Source: an uncultured Bacillales bacterium (lineage in GTDB: Bacteria > Bacillota > Bacilli > Tepidibacillales > Tepidibacillaceae). From it: DNA of 64,000 nt. Below, in pieces: positions 40,395-49,215 of the stretch. The DNA is taken from positions 4,189-68,188 of the forward strand of contig CAZKBI010000004.1 in NCBI GenBank assembly GCA_964551195.1. Direction: 5' to 3'. Positions within the stretch are counted from its first letter, which is position 1, and each line of letters begins with the position of its first letter. The position numbers were made by a program, and so were the translations under genes. The notes under the pieces are model-generated. The model saw only the letters and a list, made by a program, of their open reading frames with translations, was not told where the DNA came from and did not search any database.

Positions 40395-41096
40395 TTAATC
40401 CCAGCTTCTTTTGGTTATTGCCTCACCATCAGCCATTTTACTTAATTCAATTTTATTAATTAAAATAAATTTAGTACGGTCAACCTGAATTAAATTTTCA
40501 TCTGAAAGACGATATAATAACCTACATACAACTTCCCTTGTCGAGCCAATCTTCGCAGCCATGTCATCAAGTGTCATATTTCGTGGGATTGATTCAGTAT
40601 CTAGCTTGTCAAACTGTTCAACCAATAACCGCGCTAGTCGATTTACAACCGGATTAAACACGATCTCCTCCATCGCCAGATTAGCTTCAATCGTGCGTTG
40701 ACTTAATTGAACGCAGAGATCCCATAGTGCCTCTTTATTATTCTTAATTATCGGTAGAATAACATCACGATGCCATTGATATACAGTCGTAGGTTTGATA
40801 GCAATCATCGTTGATGGTGTTGGATTATCACGAAACATTGCATGTCCCCAGAATGTATCCCCTTCACCGAAAGTCTTTAATGTAAAGTTTCTACCTTCTG
40901 CCGAGTCCTTGTTTGCATTAATTAACCCATCAGCAATAATAATTACATAGGGATAGCGGTTGCCACTTAAACTTACTGTCGTACCTTTTGCTATATCTAC
41001 CTTGGTCGCACATTCCAACAATTGTTTTTTCTCTTCCCCTTTAAATTGACGGAAGATTAGCTTATCAGCAATTAAATTTTCTAATTCCTTATACAT
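40395..41096 (-). CDS. Crp/Fnr-family transcriptional regulator (paralog 2)
   Basis: 233 aa with the same architecture as paralog 1. Shared blocks include KNNKEALW, IPR.MTL..., GST.EVVCR.L.R.SDENLIQV.R..FILINKIEL and ADGE. Confidence 0.75.
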   Translation of the reverse strand: MYKELENLIADKLIFRQFKGEEKKQLLECATKVDIAKGTTVSLSGNRYPYVIIIADGLINANKDSAEGRNFTLKTFGEGDTFWGHAMFRDNPTPSTMIAIKPTTVYQWHRDVILPIIKNNKEALWDLCVQLSQRTIEANLAMEEIVFNPVVNRLARLLVEQFDKLDTESIPRNMTLDDMAAKIGSTREVVCRLLYRLSDENLIQVDRTKFILINKIELSKMADGEAITKRSWD

Positions 41097-41183
41097 AAAT
41101 CTTTATACACCTCCTAGCTACTTAAATTATCACGCCAACCAATTTGCCTTTAGTCAATTGTATCACACCTTAAGCCAAATCCA

Positions 41184-41199
41184 TGTAAATGTTTTCACA
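41184..41199. promoter_or_regulatory. CRP-like site TGTAA-N6-TCACA upstream of Crp/Fnr paralog 2
   Basis: TGTAAATGTTTTCACA lies 88-103 nt upstream of the ATG at 41096. It has one mismatch to the TGTGA-N6-TCACA class of Crp-family operators. Confidence 0.3.
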
Positions 41200-41208
41200 T
41201 GCTCGACA

Positions 41209-41637
41209 CTAATTCTGTAGTTTATAAAGATCTATAATTTTCTGGTGATAGACAGGTAGCACTTTATCAATTCGTTGTAATTTAAAATCACAATCAACAT
41301 AAACGTGCTTGGTCTCTCCCTCAGCTAATAGCGTTTGATCTGCTATTCTTATCACCTGGTAGCGGAAATCAGTCCTTATACCTGTATGCTTGGCAATAGC
41401 TACACGAATTATTAAATCATCATCATATTGTGCAGGCACAAGATACTGACAATTCACATCAACTACAGGCATCAATAAGCCAGTCGCTTCCATATCTTTG
41501 TATGTCATACCTATGCTTTTAATCATCTCTGTGCGCGCTATCTCAAACCAGACAAAATAGTTCGAATGATAGACTACGCCCATCTGGTCTGTCTCTTTAT
41601 AACGAACGCGCAAGTTTGTTGTGAACCATTTCTCCAT
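41209..41637 (-). CDS. Acyl-CoA thioesterase, YbgC/4HBT (hotdog) family
   Basis: Contains RVRYKETDQMGVVYHSNY, the typical catalytic Asp region. I placed the start at the ATG at 41637, which removes the overlap with the malic enzyme gene. Confidence 0.8.
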   Translation of the reverse strand: MEKWFTTNLRVRYKETDQMGVVYHSNYFVWFEIARTEMIKSIGMTYKDMEATGLLMPVVDVNCQYLVPAQYDDDLIIRVAIAKHTGIRTDFRYQVIRIADQTLLAEGETKHVYVDCDFKLQRIDKVLPVYHQKIIDLYKLQN

Positions 41638-41641
41638 AGTT

Positions 41642-42838
41642 CTAATCCCTACTTTCGTTAATATCTCTCGCCACACCACTTTTTCGTGCGGCAGCGGCTA
41701 CCGCATAGGCAACTGCTTGTACAACTCGCACGTCAAAAGGATTCGGTATAATATATTCTGAATTTAACTCGTCTTTGCTTATTAATCCAGCGATTGCTTC
41801 CGCTGCCGCCAGTTTCATCTCTTCGTTGATATCGCTAGCTCGTACATCTAAAGCCCCGCGAAATATGCCAGGAAAAGCTAGCACGTTGTTTACTTGATTA
41901 GGATAATCGGAGCGCCCAGTAGCAATTACCCCTACCCCCGCTTTTTGTGCAAGTTCTGGTAATATCTCAGGAACAGGATTGGCTAAGGCAAAAATAATTG
42001 GACGCTCACCCATTTCCGCGACTAGTTCAGCAGTCAGCGCACCTGCAACCGAGACACCGATAAACACATCCGCACCTTTTAAAGCGTCCGCTAAAGAGCC
42101 GCTTAAAAGGTCACGATTAGTTAGCACTGCTAACTCTTCTTTCATTGGAGTCATATTGCTTGCTCTACCCTGATAGATAATTCCCGTTGAATCACACATA
42201 ATAACGTCGCGAACACCGAAACGCAGTAGGAGTTTAATAATTGCCGTTCCAGAAGCGCCAGCCCCATTACTAACGACCTTGATTTGATCAAAACTCTTGC
42301 CCACAAGTCTTAGGGCATTGATTAGCCCAGCTAAGACGACGATTGCTGTACCGTGCTGGTCATCATGAAAGACCGGAATACTTAGTTTCTCTTTTAGCCT
42401 TCGTTCTATTTCAAAGCAATTAGGGGCTGCTATATCCTCTAAATTGATTCCGCCAAAGCTTGGTTCAATAAGCTTAACAGTCCTAATAATATCTTCAATA
42501 TCATTGCTTCGGATACAAATTGGGAATGCATCAACATTGGCGAATTTCTTGAACAAAGCCGCCTTACCCTCCATTACTGGCAAAGAGGCATCAGCGCCAA
42601 TATCACCTAAGCCTAGCACTGCTGAGCCATCCGTTACAACTGCTACCATATTGCCCTTTGCTGTATAATCATAAATACTTTCGGGGTTATCAGCTATCGC
42701 TAGACTCGGCGCAGCAACACCTGGCGAATAAGCTAAGCTAAGGTCTTTCGCTGTATTTAGTTCAACCTTGCTCTGTACCTCGATTTTTCCCTGCTTTTCT
42801 TTATGCATTCTTAGCGATTCTTGATATAGCTTATCCAA
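41642..42838 (-). CDS. NAD(P)-dependent malic enzyme (short, YtsJ/MaeB-N type)
   Basis: 398 aa with the pattern LSLAYSPGVA, FHDDQHGTAIV, GAGASG. It is adjacent to dnaE, like B. subtilis ytsJ. Confidence 0.9.
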   Translation of the reverse strand: MDKLYQESLRMHKEKQGKIEVQSKVELNTAKDLSLAYSPGVAAPSLAIADNPESIYDYTAKGNMVAVVTDGSAVLGLGDIGADASLPVMEGKAALFKKFANVDAFPICIRSNDIEDIIRTVKLIEPSFGGINLEDIAAPNCFEIERRLKEKLSIPVFHDDQHGTAIVVLAGLINALRLVGKSFDQIKVVSNGAGASGTAIIKLLLRFGVRDVIMCDSTGIIYQGRASNMTPMKEELAVLTNRDLLSGSLADALKGADVFIGVSVAGALTAELVAEMGERPIIFALANPVPEILPELAQKAGVGVIATGRSDYPNQVNNVLAFPGIFRGALDVRASDINEEMKLAAAEAIAGLISKDELNSEYIIPNPFDVRVVQAVAYAVAAAARKSGVARDINESRD

Positions 42839-42872
42839 CTCGTCAACTCCATTTTATCAAATTATTAACCAA

Positions 42873-45800
42873 TTATTTATTAGGTAGAATTACCTCATCT
42901 AATAGCACCATCTTATTTACAATTATCTTGGTGATATCTTCATTATGGCTGATACTTCCCTCAACAAGTATGCCTAAGTCAAGCGCTAACTTTGCTTTAT
43001 AACGGTCAAAAGACTGCGGGAAAAAGATTAACTCTACTTCATCTGCAAGTATTTCTAACCGAACGAAGGCCATCTGCTCTTTTTTCTTTGTAAGAATCTG
43101 CTTAATGTCTGTCACCATACCGCCTAATCTTACAGTGGTTCTCTCATCCAGATGCTCAAGCTCATCGTACTCATGAGTATTATAGCGATCAAGCACGTCC
43201 TTATATGAAGATAATGGATGACCTGATAAATATAAGCCAATTGCTTCTTTCTCCTTTTTCAATAAATCAATAAGAGGAAATTCTCTTACATCAATCCAAT
43301 CAAATTCATTATTAACCTCGTTGGTGAGGTCCTCAAACAGATATATTTGTAAGTCATCCTCTAGTTTTCGTTTCTGGTTAATCCTATCAAGAAGGTCATC
43401 AAGGTTCCCCATTAATTTGGCGCGATGAATACCAAAAGAATCGAAAGCGCCACTTAAAATCAGTGATTCCATAACCTTACGTGTACAGAGTTTAGGATCA
43501 GATTTCATGCAGAAATCAAGAATGGTCATGCAGTCACTTGTATTTTCGCGCTCTGCAAGGATGACGTCAATTACACTATCACCAATGTTTTTGATGCCCG
43601 CAAGCCCAATGCGAATACTATCTTTCTCAATCGAAAAAGAGGCTTGACTCTTCTTAATATCAGGTAGAAGAATTTCAATTCCATTACGCCGTGCTTCTTC
43701 AATATATTCAGCAACTTTTTTTGTATTTCCCATCGATTCAGAAATTAAAGCTGTCATAAATTCAACCGGATAATTAGCTTTTAAATAAGCTGTCTGATAG
43801 GCAATCACACTGTAGGCAACAGCATGAGAACGGTTAAAACCATAATTTGCAAAACGAACAATCATATCATAGACCTCATTAGCAATAGCCTCTTCATAGC
43901 CTTTCATTATTGCACCAGCTACAAAATGCTCTCGCTCAAGTTCCAGGATTTCGCGGTCTTTTTTGCTAACGGCACGGCGAAGTAAATCCGCCTCACCGAG
44001 GCTAAATCCAGCCATTGTTGAAGCTATCTGCATAATTTGCTCCTGATAAACGATTATGCCGTAGGTATCAGCTAAAATCTGTTCCAAGTTTTCATGCGGG
44101 TACTCGATTATCTTTCGTCCGTGTTTAGCAGCAATAAAGTCGGGTATAAAATCCATCGGACCAGGACGATATAGTGCAACAACCGCAACTATATCCTCAA
44201 AATTCGAGGGCTCCAACTCCTTTAATACTTTATTAATACCCGCTGACTCTAGCTGAAAGACACCCTTAGTGTCCCCTTTCGCCAGCAATTTATAGGTGGC
44301 AAGGTCATTTTCTGGGATTTCAGCCAGAATAATCTGCTCACCCTTATTTGCTTCTATTAGCTTAATCGCTTTTTCAATTATTGTCAGGTTTTTTAGTCCA
44401 AGAAAATCCATCTTCAGAATACCAATTTCTTCTAGTATACCCATTGAGTATTGTGAAAGTGATAGATTATCAATGCCCCGCTGTAATGGCGTATACTCAG
44501 TCAAAGCTTTATCAGCGATTATCACTCCAGCCGCATGTGTCGAATGGTGACGAGGCATCCCCTCAATCTTCATAGCAATATCGAGCAACTGGCGTATCTC
44601 CTCATCACTATTGTAACTGTCCTGCAAATCCTTAACATCGGCTAAAGCGCGCTCAATAGTAATTCCCACCAGCCCCGGTACAGCTTTGGCAATCCGATCG
44701 ACCTTATAATACTGAATTCCCATCACACGCCCGACATCACGTATCGCAGCTTTAGCAGCAAAAGTTCCAAAGGTAATAATCTGTGATACATGATCATAAC
44801 CATACTTCTCTGATACGTATTGAATGACCTCATCTCGACGCTCATAGTTGAAATCAATATCAATATCTGGCATATTTATTCTTTCCGGATTTAAAAACCG
44901 CTCGAACAAAAGTCCAAATTTAATCGGGTCCACATCAGTTATTCCTAAGCAATAGGCAATGATGCTACCTGCTGCCGAGCCACGACCTGGTCCCGTCATA
45001 ATACCCTCTTTATGTGCATATTTCATGAAATCCCAAACAATCAGAAAATAATCAGCAAAACCCATATTTTCTATTACCGAAAGCTCGTAATTCAGACGTT
45101 CCAGTTGCTCAGCTGTGGGCTCAGCATACCTCTTTTCTGCTCCCTTAGTTGCTAGTGCACGCAAATAATCGATTGCGGCGACACCTTCTGGCAAGGGAAA
45201 GCTAGGCAAAAGCGACTGCCCGAGCTCGATTGCAAGCTGGCAGCGATCAGCAATTATCTGTGTGTTATCAACTGCAGCTTGCTGATGGGCAAATTTTCTA
45301 CGCATATAGGCTTCATCAGTCAGGAAGAATTGGTCTGTACCGAACTGCATCCGATCAGGATCGTCAAGTCTTGTACCAGTCCCAATTGTAATTAAGACAT
45401 CCTGAATTAAGGAATCGGCCTGTTCTATGTAATGAACATCGTTAGTTGCTACTAAGGGAATTCCCGTCTCTTCACTCAACTTGATAATCTCTGGCATTAC
45501 TCGCGCTTCTTCCGGAAGTCCATGATCTTGGATTTCAAGAAAGAAATTATTCTCTCCAAATATACTGCGGTAACTGAGCGCAGATTTTCTGGCAGCTTCG
45601 TAATCACCTGCCAGTAACCAATCATTCACTTCCCCAGAAAGGCAAGCGCTAAGAGCAATAATTCCCTCACTATATTTTTCAAGTGTTTCCTTATCAACGC
45701 GTGGCCGATAGTAGAAACCCTCAAGATGTCCAATCGAAACAATTTTCATTAAATTTCGATAGCCCTGTTCGTTCTCAGCAAGTAAAACCAAATGATAAGT

Positions 45801-46055
45801 CTTCATCTCTTGACGAGGTACCCGCTCTGTACGATGACCAGGAGTGACATAGATTTCACAGCCTATTATCGGTTTGATCCCGTTTTTTAAACATTCCTGA
45901 TAAAAGGGAATCGTACCATACATACTGCCGTGGTCAGTTATTGCTAGCGCTCTCATACCTAAATCCTTAGCCGCCGCTACAATGTTGGTAACTCTCGCCG
46001 CACCATCAAGCAGGCTATATTCGGTATGCACATGTAAATGAGTAAAACCGGACAT
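42873..46055 (-). CDS. dnaE: DNA polymerase III alpha subunit (DnaE type)
   Basis: 1060 aa with a PHP domain N-terminus (FTHLHVHTEYSLLDG) and the pol III alpha core. Confidence 0.97.
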   Translation of the reverse strand: MSGFTHLHVHTEYSLLDGAARVTNIVAAAKDLGMRALAITDHGSMYGTIPFYQECLKNGIKPIIGCEIYVTPGHRTERVPRQEMKTYHLVLLAENEQGYRNLMKIVSIGHLEGFYYRPRVDKETLEKYSEGIIALSACLSGEVNDWLLAGDYEAARKSALSYRSIFGENNFFLEIQDHGLPEEARVMPEIIKLSEETGIPLVATNDVHYIEQADSLIQDVLITIGTGTRLDDPDRMQFGTDQFFLTDEAYMRRKFAHQQAAVDNTQIIADRCQLAIELGQSLLPSFPLPEGVAAIDYLRALATKGAEKRYAEPTAEQLERLNYELSVIENMGFADYFLIVWDFMKYAHKEGIMTGPGRGSAAGSIIAYCLGITDVDPIKFGLLFERFLNPERINMPDIDIDFNYERRDEVIQYVSEKYGYDHVSQIITFGTFAAKAAIRDVGRVMGIQYYKVDRIAKAVPGLVGITIERALADVKDLQDSYNSDEEIRQLLDIAMKIEGMPRHHSTHAAGVIIADKALTEYTPLQRGIDNLSLSQYSMGILEEIGILKMDFLGLKNLTIIEKAIKLIEANKGEQIILAEIPENDLATYKLLAKGDTKGVFQLESAGINKVLKELEPSNFEDIVAVVALYRPGPMDFIPDFIAAKHGRKIIEYPHENLEQILADTYGIIVYQEQIMQIASTMAGFSLGEADLLRRAVSKKDREILELEREHFVAGAIMKGYEEAIANEVYDMIVRFANYGFNRSHAVAYSVIAYQTAYLKANYPVEFMTALISESMGNTKKVAEYIEEARRNGIEILLPDIKKSQASFSIEKDSIRIGLAGIKNIGDSVIDVILAERENTSDCMTILDFCMKSDPKLCTRKVMESLILSGAFDSFGIHRAKLMGNLDDLLDRINQKRKLEDDLQIYLFEDLTNEVNNEFDWIDVREFPLIDLLKKEKEAIGLYLSGHPLSSYKDVLDRYNTHEYDELEHLDERTTVRLGGMVTDIKQILTKKKEQMAFVRLEILADEVELIFFPQSFDRYKAKLALDLGILVEGSISHNEDITKIIVNKMVLLDEVILPNK

Positions 46056-46077
46056 AGATTATTCTCCCCTAATTTAA

Positions 46078-46764
46078 TTAGATTGTCATGATCCTGTTAG
46101 TTGATAAAACTTCACCTACAAGATCCCTTTTGCCAAGTTCTTCAACAAAAATATCCGGATCCTGCATAATTGTTGGAAAGGTATTATAGTGAATTGGAAT
46201 TGTTTTCTTGGCCTTAATTAAAGAGGCGGCAATTAAGGCGTCTTCAATCCCCATTGTAAAATTATCACCAATTGGTAGTAAAGCAATATCAAGTTGCTCC
46301 TTCTCAAGAAGTCGCATATCGCTATATAGTGCAGTATCACCAGCGTGGTAGATTTTCTTGCCATCCATTTCAATTAGCACGCCACTAGGCATGCCCATAT
46401 AGGTAATCTCTCTAGTAAAATTGTTAATCAGCGAGGAACCGTGGAAAGCCGGCAGTGCTTTAAGTCTGCCGAAAGGAAACTGAAAACTTCCACCAATATG
46501 TAAGGCATGAGTATTTAGATTTTCCCAGCTTAAATGCATAGCTAATTCATACGGTGCAATCACCAGGACGTCGTGATTACGGGCAATTTCAACTGTGTCG
46601 CCTAGATGATCACCGTGCCCATGTGTAACATAAATATAATCAGCCTTAATCTCTTTAGCTGTTGCCTTAGTATGTGGGTTGTCAGTAATAAAGGGGTCAA
46701 TAATTAATGAATAATGCTCGCCAATTAGTTGGACGCAACTATGACCATAATACTTAATATCCAT
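46078..46764 (-). CDS. Metallo-beta-lactamase-fold hydrolase (UPF0173/YtkL-like)
   Basis: HGHGDH motif. I placed the start at the ATG at 46764; the track GTG lies inside the GAGGTGA RBS. Confidence 0.8.
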   Translation of the reverse strand: MDIKYYGHSCVQLIGEHYSLIIDPFITDNPHTKATAKEIKADYIYVTHGHGDHLGDTVEIARNHDVLVIAPYELAMHLSWENLNTHALHIGGSFQFPFGRLKALPAFHGSSLINNFTREITYMGMPSGVLIEMDGKKIYHAGDTALYSDMRLLEKEQLDIALLPIGDNFTMGIEDALIAASLIKAKKTIPIHYNTFPTIMQDPDIFVEELGKRDLVGEVLSTNRIMTI

Positions 46765-46780
46765 TAAAATCACCTCATAA

Positions 46781-47143
46781 TTATTCTTCTTCCGCTATAC
46801 TTCCTTTCGGAGCTAAATCTTGAATTGGTTCATTTAGAATTTTGTAAATATCAGAAAGCATCACGGTAAATAGACGTTCTACTTCAAAAAGACGTTTAAT
46901 CTCTTCATCTTCCAATAGTGCAGCATAATCAGCATTGATTGCCTCTAGTTCTTCTTGGGGTATTTCTTCCCCCGCTTCTTTTCTTCCGTACATTTCCATT
47001 TGTTTTATTTGATAATCTCGAATTTTCTTATACTGCTCTGGGTTGTTGTTAATCTTATTCGTTAGTTCCTTAAAAGTAATGTAACTTTCCTCTTTTACTA
47101 ATGTCGCAGCAAATTCATGTGCCTTATCATAAATATTGGCCAT
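46781..47143 (-). CDS. YlbF/YmcA/YheA-family (UPF0342-like) protein
   Basis: 120 aa helical protein. The N-terminus NIYDKAHEFAATLVKEESYITFKE resembles YheA-type proteins. Confidence 0.6.
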   Translation of the reverse strand: MANIYDKAHEFAATLVKEESYITFKELTNKINNNPEQYKKIRDYQIKQMEMYGRKEAGEEIPQEELEAINADYAALLEDEEIKRLFEVERLFTVMLSDIYKILNEPIQDLAPKGSIAEEE

Positions 47144-47195
47144 TAGAATCCCTCCTGTATAATCTATTTCTTTTATTATACCTTAATTGAGCTTA

Positions 47196-47234
47196 ATAAA
47201 AAAATAAAAGATAGAAGAGTTTCCTCTTCTATCT
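47196..47234 (-). terminator. Strong rho-independent terminator ending the Tad-like operon
   Basis: Minus strand: an 11-bp stem AGATAGAAGAG/CTCTTCTATCT (47234-47209) overlaps the TAG stop and is followed by TTTTATTTTTTT. Confidence 0.8.
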
Positions 47235-47720
47235 TAAAATCGACTTCCATTCATGCGCAGCAACCACAATCACATCTGAAACCGACCTCGTTAAACTGTA
47301 GTCGGGACGACCGGCATTGATTGTCACGATTACAGTCGGCTCTCTAATAAATATCTCAAAGCCAATGTTGGGTTTGCTTAAAAAGTATGGATAAACCGTG
47401 TTTAGATCATCAAAATACTCAACCGTATAATCAATCTGCTCCAACCAATAATAGTTGCGTAGTGGTAACAAATTATTACTAAGACTCATGTTCTCTTTCA
47501 GAATCCTACGGGCGGCTAAATCACCTTCCTGCTGGTTAAATACCAAATAACCATTCTTATAGTGTTCTGATAAGGTAAATTGTGCTGCCGCTGCTGCTGA
47601 CTCTTCGGCAATATACTTTAATAGATGAAGCTGTTCTTGGTGCTTATTATAATCGGCTTGAAAAGTTGTAAAAATTGCGAAAACGATAAATAAAGAAAAA
47701 CCAATAATATAAGACTTCAT
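47229..47720 (-). CDS. TadE-like / pseudopilin-like protein with N-terminal hydrophobic anchor
   Basis: 163 aa. The N-terminus MKSYIIGFSLFIVFAIFTTF is paralogous to that of the preceding gene. Its ATG overlaps the upstream stop (TAATG). The call rests on position after the pilin-like ORF. Confidence 0.45.
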   Translation of the reverse strand: MKSYIIGFSLFIVFAIFTTFQADYNKHQEQLHLLKYIAEESAAAAAQFTLSEHYKNGYLVFNQQEGDLAARRILKENMSLSNNLLPLRNYYWLEQIDYTVEYFDDLNTVYPYFLSKPNIGFEIFIREPTVIVTINAGRPDYSLTRSVSDVIVVAAHEWKSILR

Positions 47721-48130
47721 TAAGGCAGCAACTCACTGGGTACTTCGCCGCTAATGATATATTCGTAACTATTCGCCTGATCACTGATTCCGTAAAATAT
47801 ATTTGCAGCAATAACCTTATCAATCGGTATACCAACTTCAAAATAGATCATTTCTCTTTCATCAAAGTAATCTAAACGATATTTAGGAGTCCTTGTTGCT
47901 TCGATTCTTATATCAGATGGTTCAACTTTTAGCTTAGACGTTATTTGCATCCTTATCTCATCTAAATTTGATTGTTTAAAGTAACCGTCAGTTCTAGCTT
48001 TTTGTGCGGCATTATAGACAATATTATTAGTGGTCTGGATTTTATAATGATTAACCTGGTTAATTGACCATTGTAAAGGGAAAAAAATTAATACTAGGAA
48101 AACTGCAAAGCCAACTATATATTCTTTCAT
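47720..48130 (-). CDS. TadE-like / pseudopilin-like protein with N-terminal hydrophobic anchor
   Basis: 136 aa with N-terminus MKEYIVGFAVFLVLIFFPLQ. The size and position are typical of minor-pilin genes in Gram-positive Tad loci. Confidence 0.45.
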   Translation of the reverse strand: MKEYIVGFAVFLVLIFFPLQWSINQVNHYKIQTTNNIVYNAAQKARTDGYFKQSNLDEIRMQITSKLKVEPSDIRIEATRTPKYRLDYFDEREMIYFEVGIPIDKVIAANIFYGISDQANSYEYIISGEVPSELLP

Positions 48131-48145
48131 TACATCATCCTCATT

Positions 48146-48304
48146 TTATTCAGGGACGGTTATATTCTGAATCTCATTAAGCATTTTTCCAGCTATTGCA
48201 TCAGCTCCTGATTTTAAGCTGTTTGAATCAGCACCGAGTACGAGTGTATTAGCAATAAATACTCCTAAAAGTACAAGCGCAACAGTAACTATTAATTGTT
48301 TCAT
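48146..48304 (-). CDS. Unannotated 52-aa pilin-like / small hydrophobic protein (candidate Flp-type subunit)
   Basis: Below the ORF-track size cutoff. The ATG at 48304 lies 8 nt after AGGTGA and the stop is TAA at 48146-48148. The product is MKQLIVTVALVLLGVFIANTLVLGADSNSLKSGADAIAGKMLNEIQNITVPE. It occupies the slot where Tad loci carry flp, between tadC and tadE. Confidence 0.45.
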   Translation of the reverse strand: MKQLIVTVALVLLGVFIANTLVLGADSNSLKSGADAIAGKMLNEIQNITVPE

Positions 48305-48323
48305 TTATTTTATCACCTCTCAT

Positions 48324-49208
48324 CTAACTAATATAAAACTGAATATTATTAATCGCATCGATATAGTAAACAATAATCACAAAATTCAACATAATCACAA
48401 CACTCGTTGCAATCACACTAAAATAAATTAAGTTGCTTCTATTTTCATTAGCGATTATCCGATTCGTCTCACGCTCCTTTCTAATGACTTGAAGTAACAA
48501 GTCGATTTGAGTTACTAGCTCCTTAGTGGTTAAGTCATCCAGTCTACCTAAAACTGTAGCCAGTTCATGCGACACGCGTGTATCTATTGCATCCGCAAAT
48601 AAATTAATCGCTTCATTCATCTGGCCCAAATTCCATAATGAAATCATCTTACCCATAACCGCTTTAGTCTGATTAGCTGATTTATAAAGTGAATTCATTA
48701 TATAATCTGAACTGTACTCTTTGTAATTGCTAGTAACCGCAAGATTCTTTAAGTGTAATGTTAGTTTATATAATTCGAAATCAATACTTCTTTTACGTTT
48801 GTTTTCATAGAGCATTAGTATATATTTATATAGAGTTTTTCTGCCAAGAATTGTTTCTCGAGGGAAGAATACAAAATATAGGAAAATTGCAAAGATAAAC
48901 AGCATTTTTAAAGTTGAGCCACTACTTGTGCCTAACATTAACAATCCTAGTGTGATGGCAACAATTAACAAAATGTTATGAATAAGTAGATAATAGTTTG
49001 TATTAATTCTGATCTTAACCAATTTACTACCTGCATCAACATTGTCAGAAGTTAGTAATTTCTGATATCTATCTTTAATAACCGAAACAGCGTGTCTTGA
49101 ATTATCCACTGCTAACCGCTTTCTACCAAGGTAGCGCGAATTGAGAATTAAAACGGATAATAAGGACAGAATTGTAATTATGATTGAATAAATAATGTTT
49201 ATACTCAT
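48324..49208 (-). CDS. TadC-like platform protein (T2SS-F family, divergent)
   Basis: 294 aa with N-terminal, central and C-terminal TM segments around a helical cytoplasmic domain. It is the second of two tandem genes of this type after the ATPase. Confidence 0.55.
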   Translation of the reverse strand: MSINIIYSIIITILSLLSVLILNSRYLGRKRLAVDNSRHAVSVIKDRYQKLLTSDNVDAGSKLVKIRINTNYYLLIHNILLIVAITLGLLMLGTSSGSTLKMLFIFAIFLYFVFFPRETILGRKTLYKYILMLYENKRKRSIDFELYKLTLHLKNLAVTSNYKEYSSDYIMNSLYKSANQTKAVMGKMISLWNLGQMNEAINLFADAIDTRVSHELATVLGRLDDLTTKELVTQIDLLLQVIRKERETNRIIANENRSNLIYFSVIATSVVIMLNFVIIVYYIDAINNIQFYIS

Positions 49209-49215
49209 TTTATAT

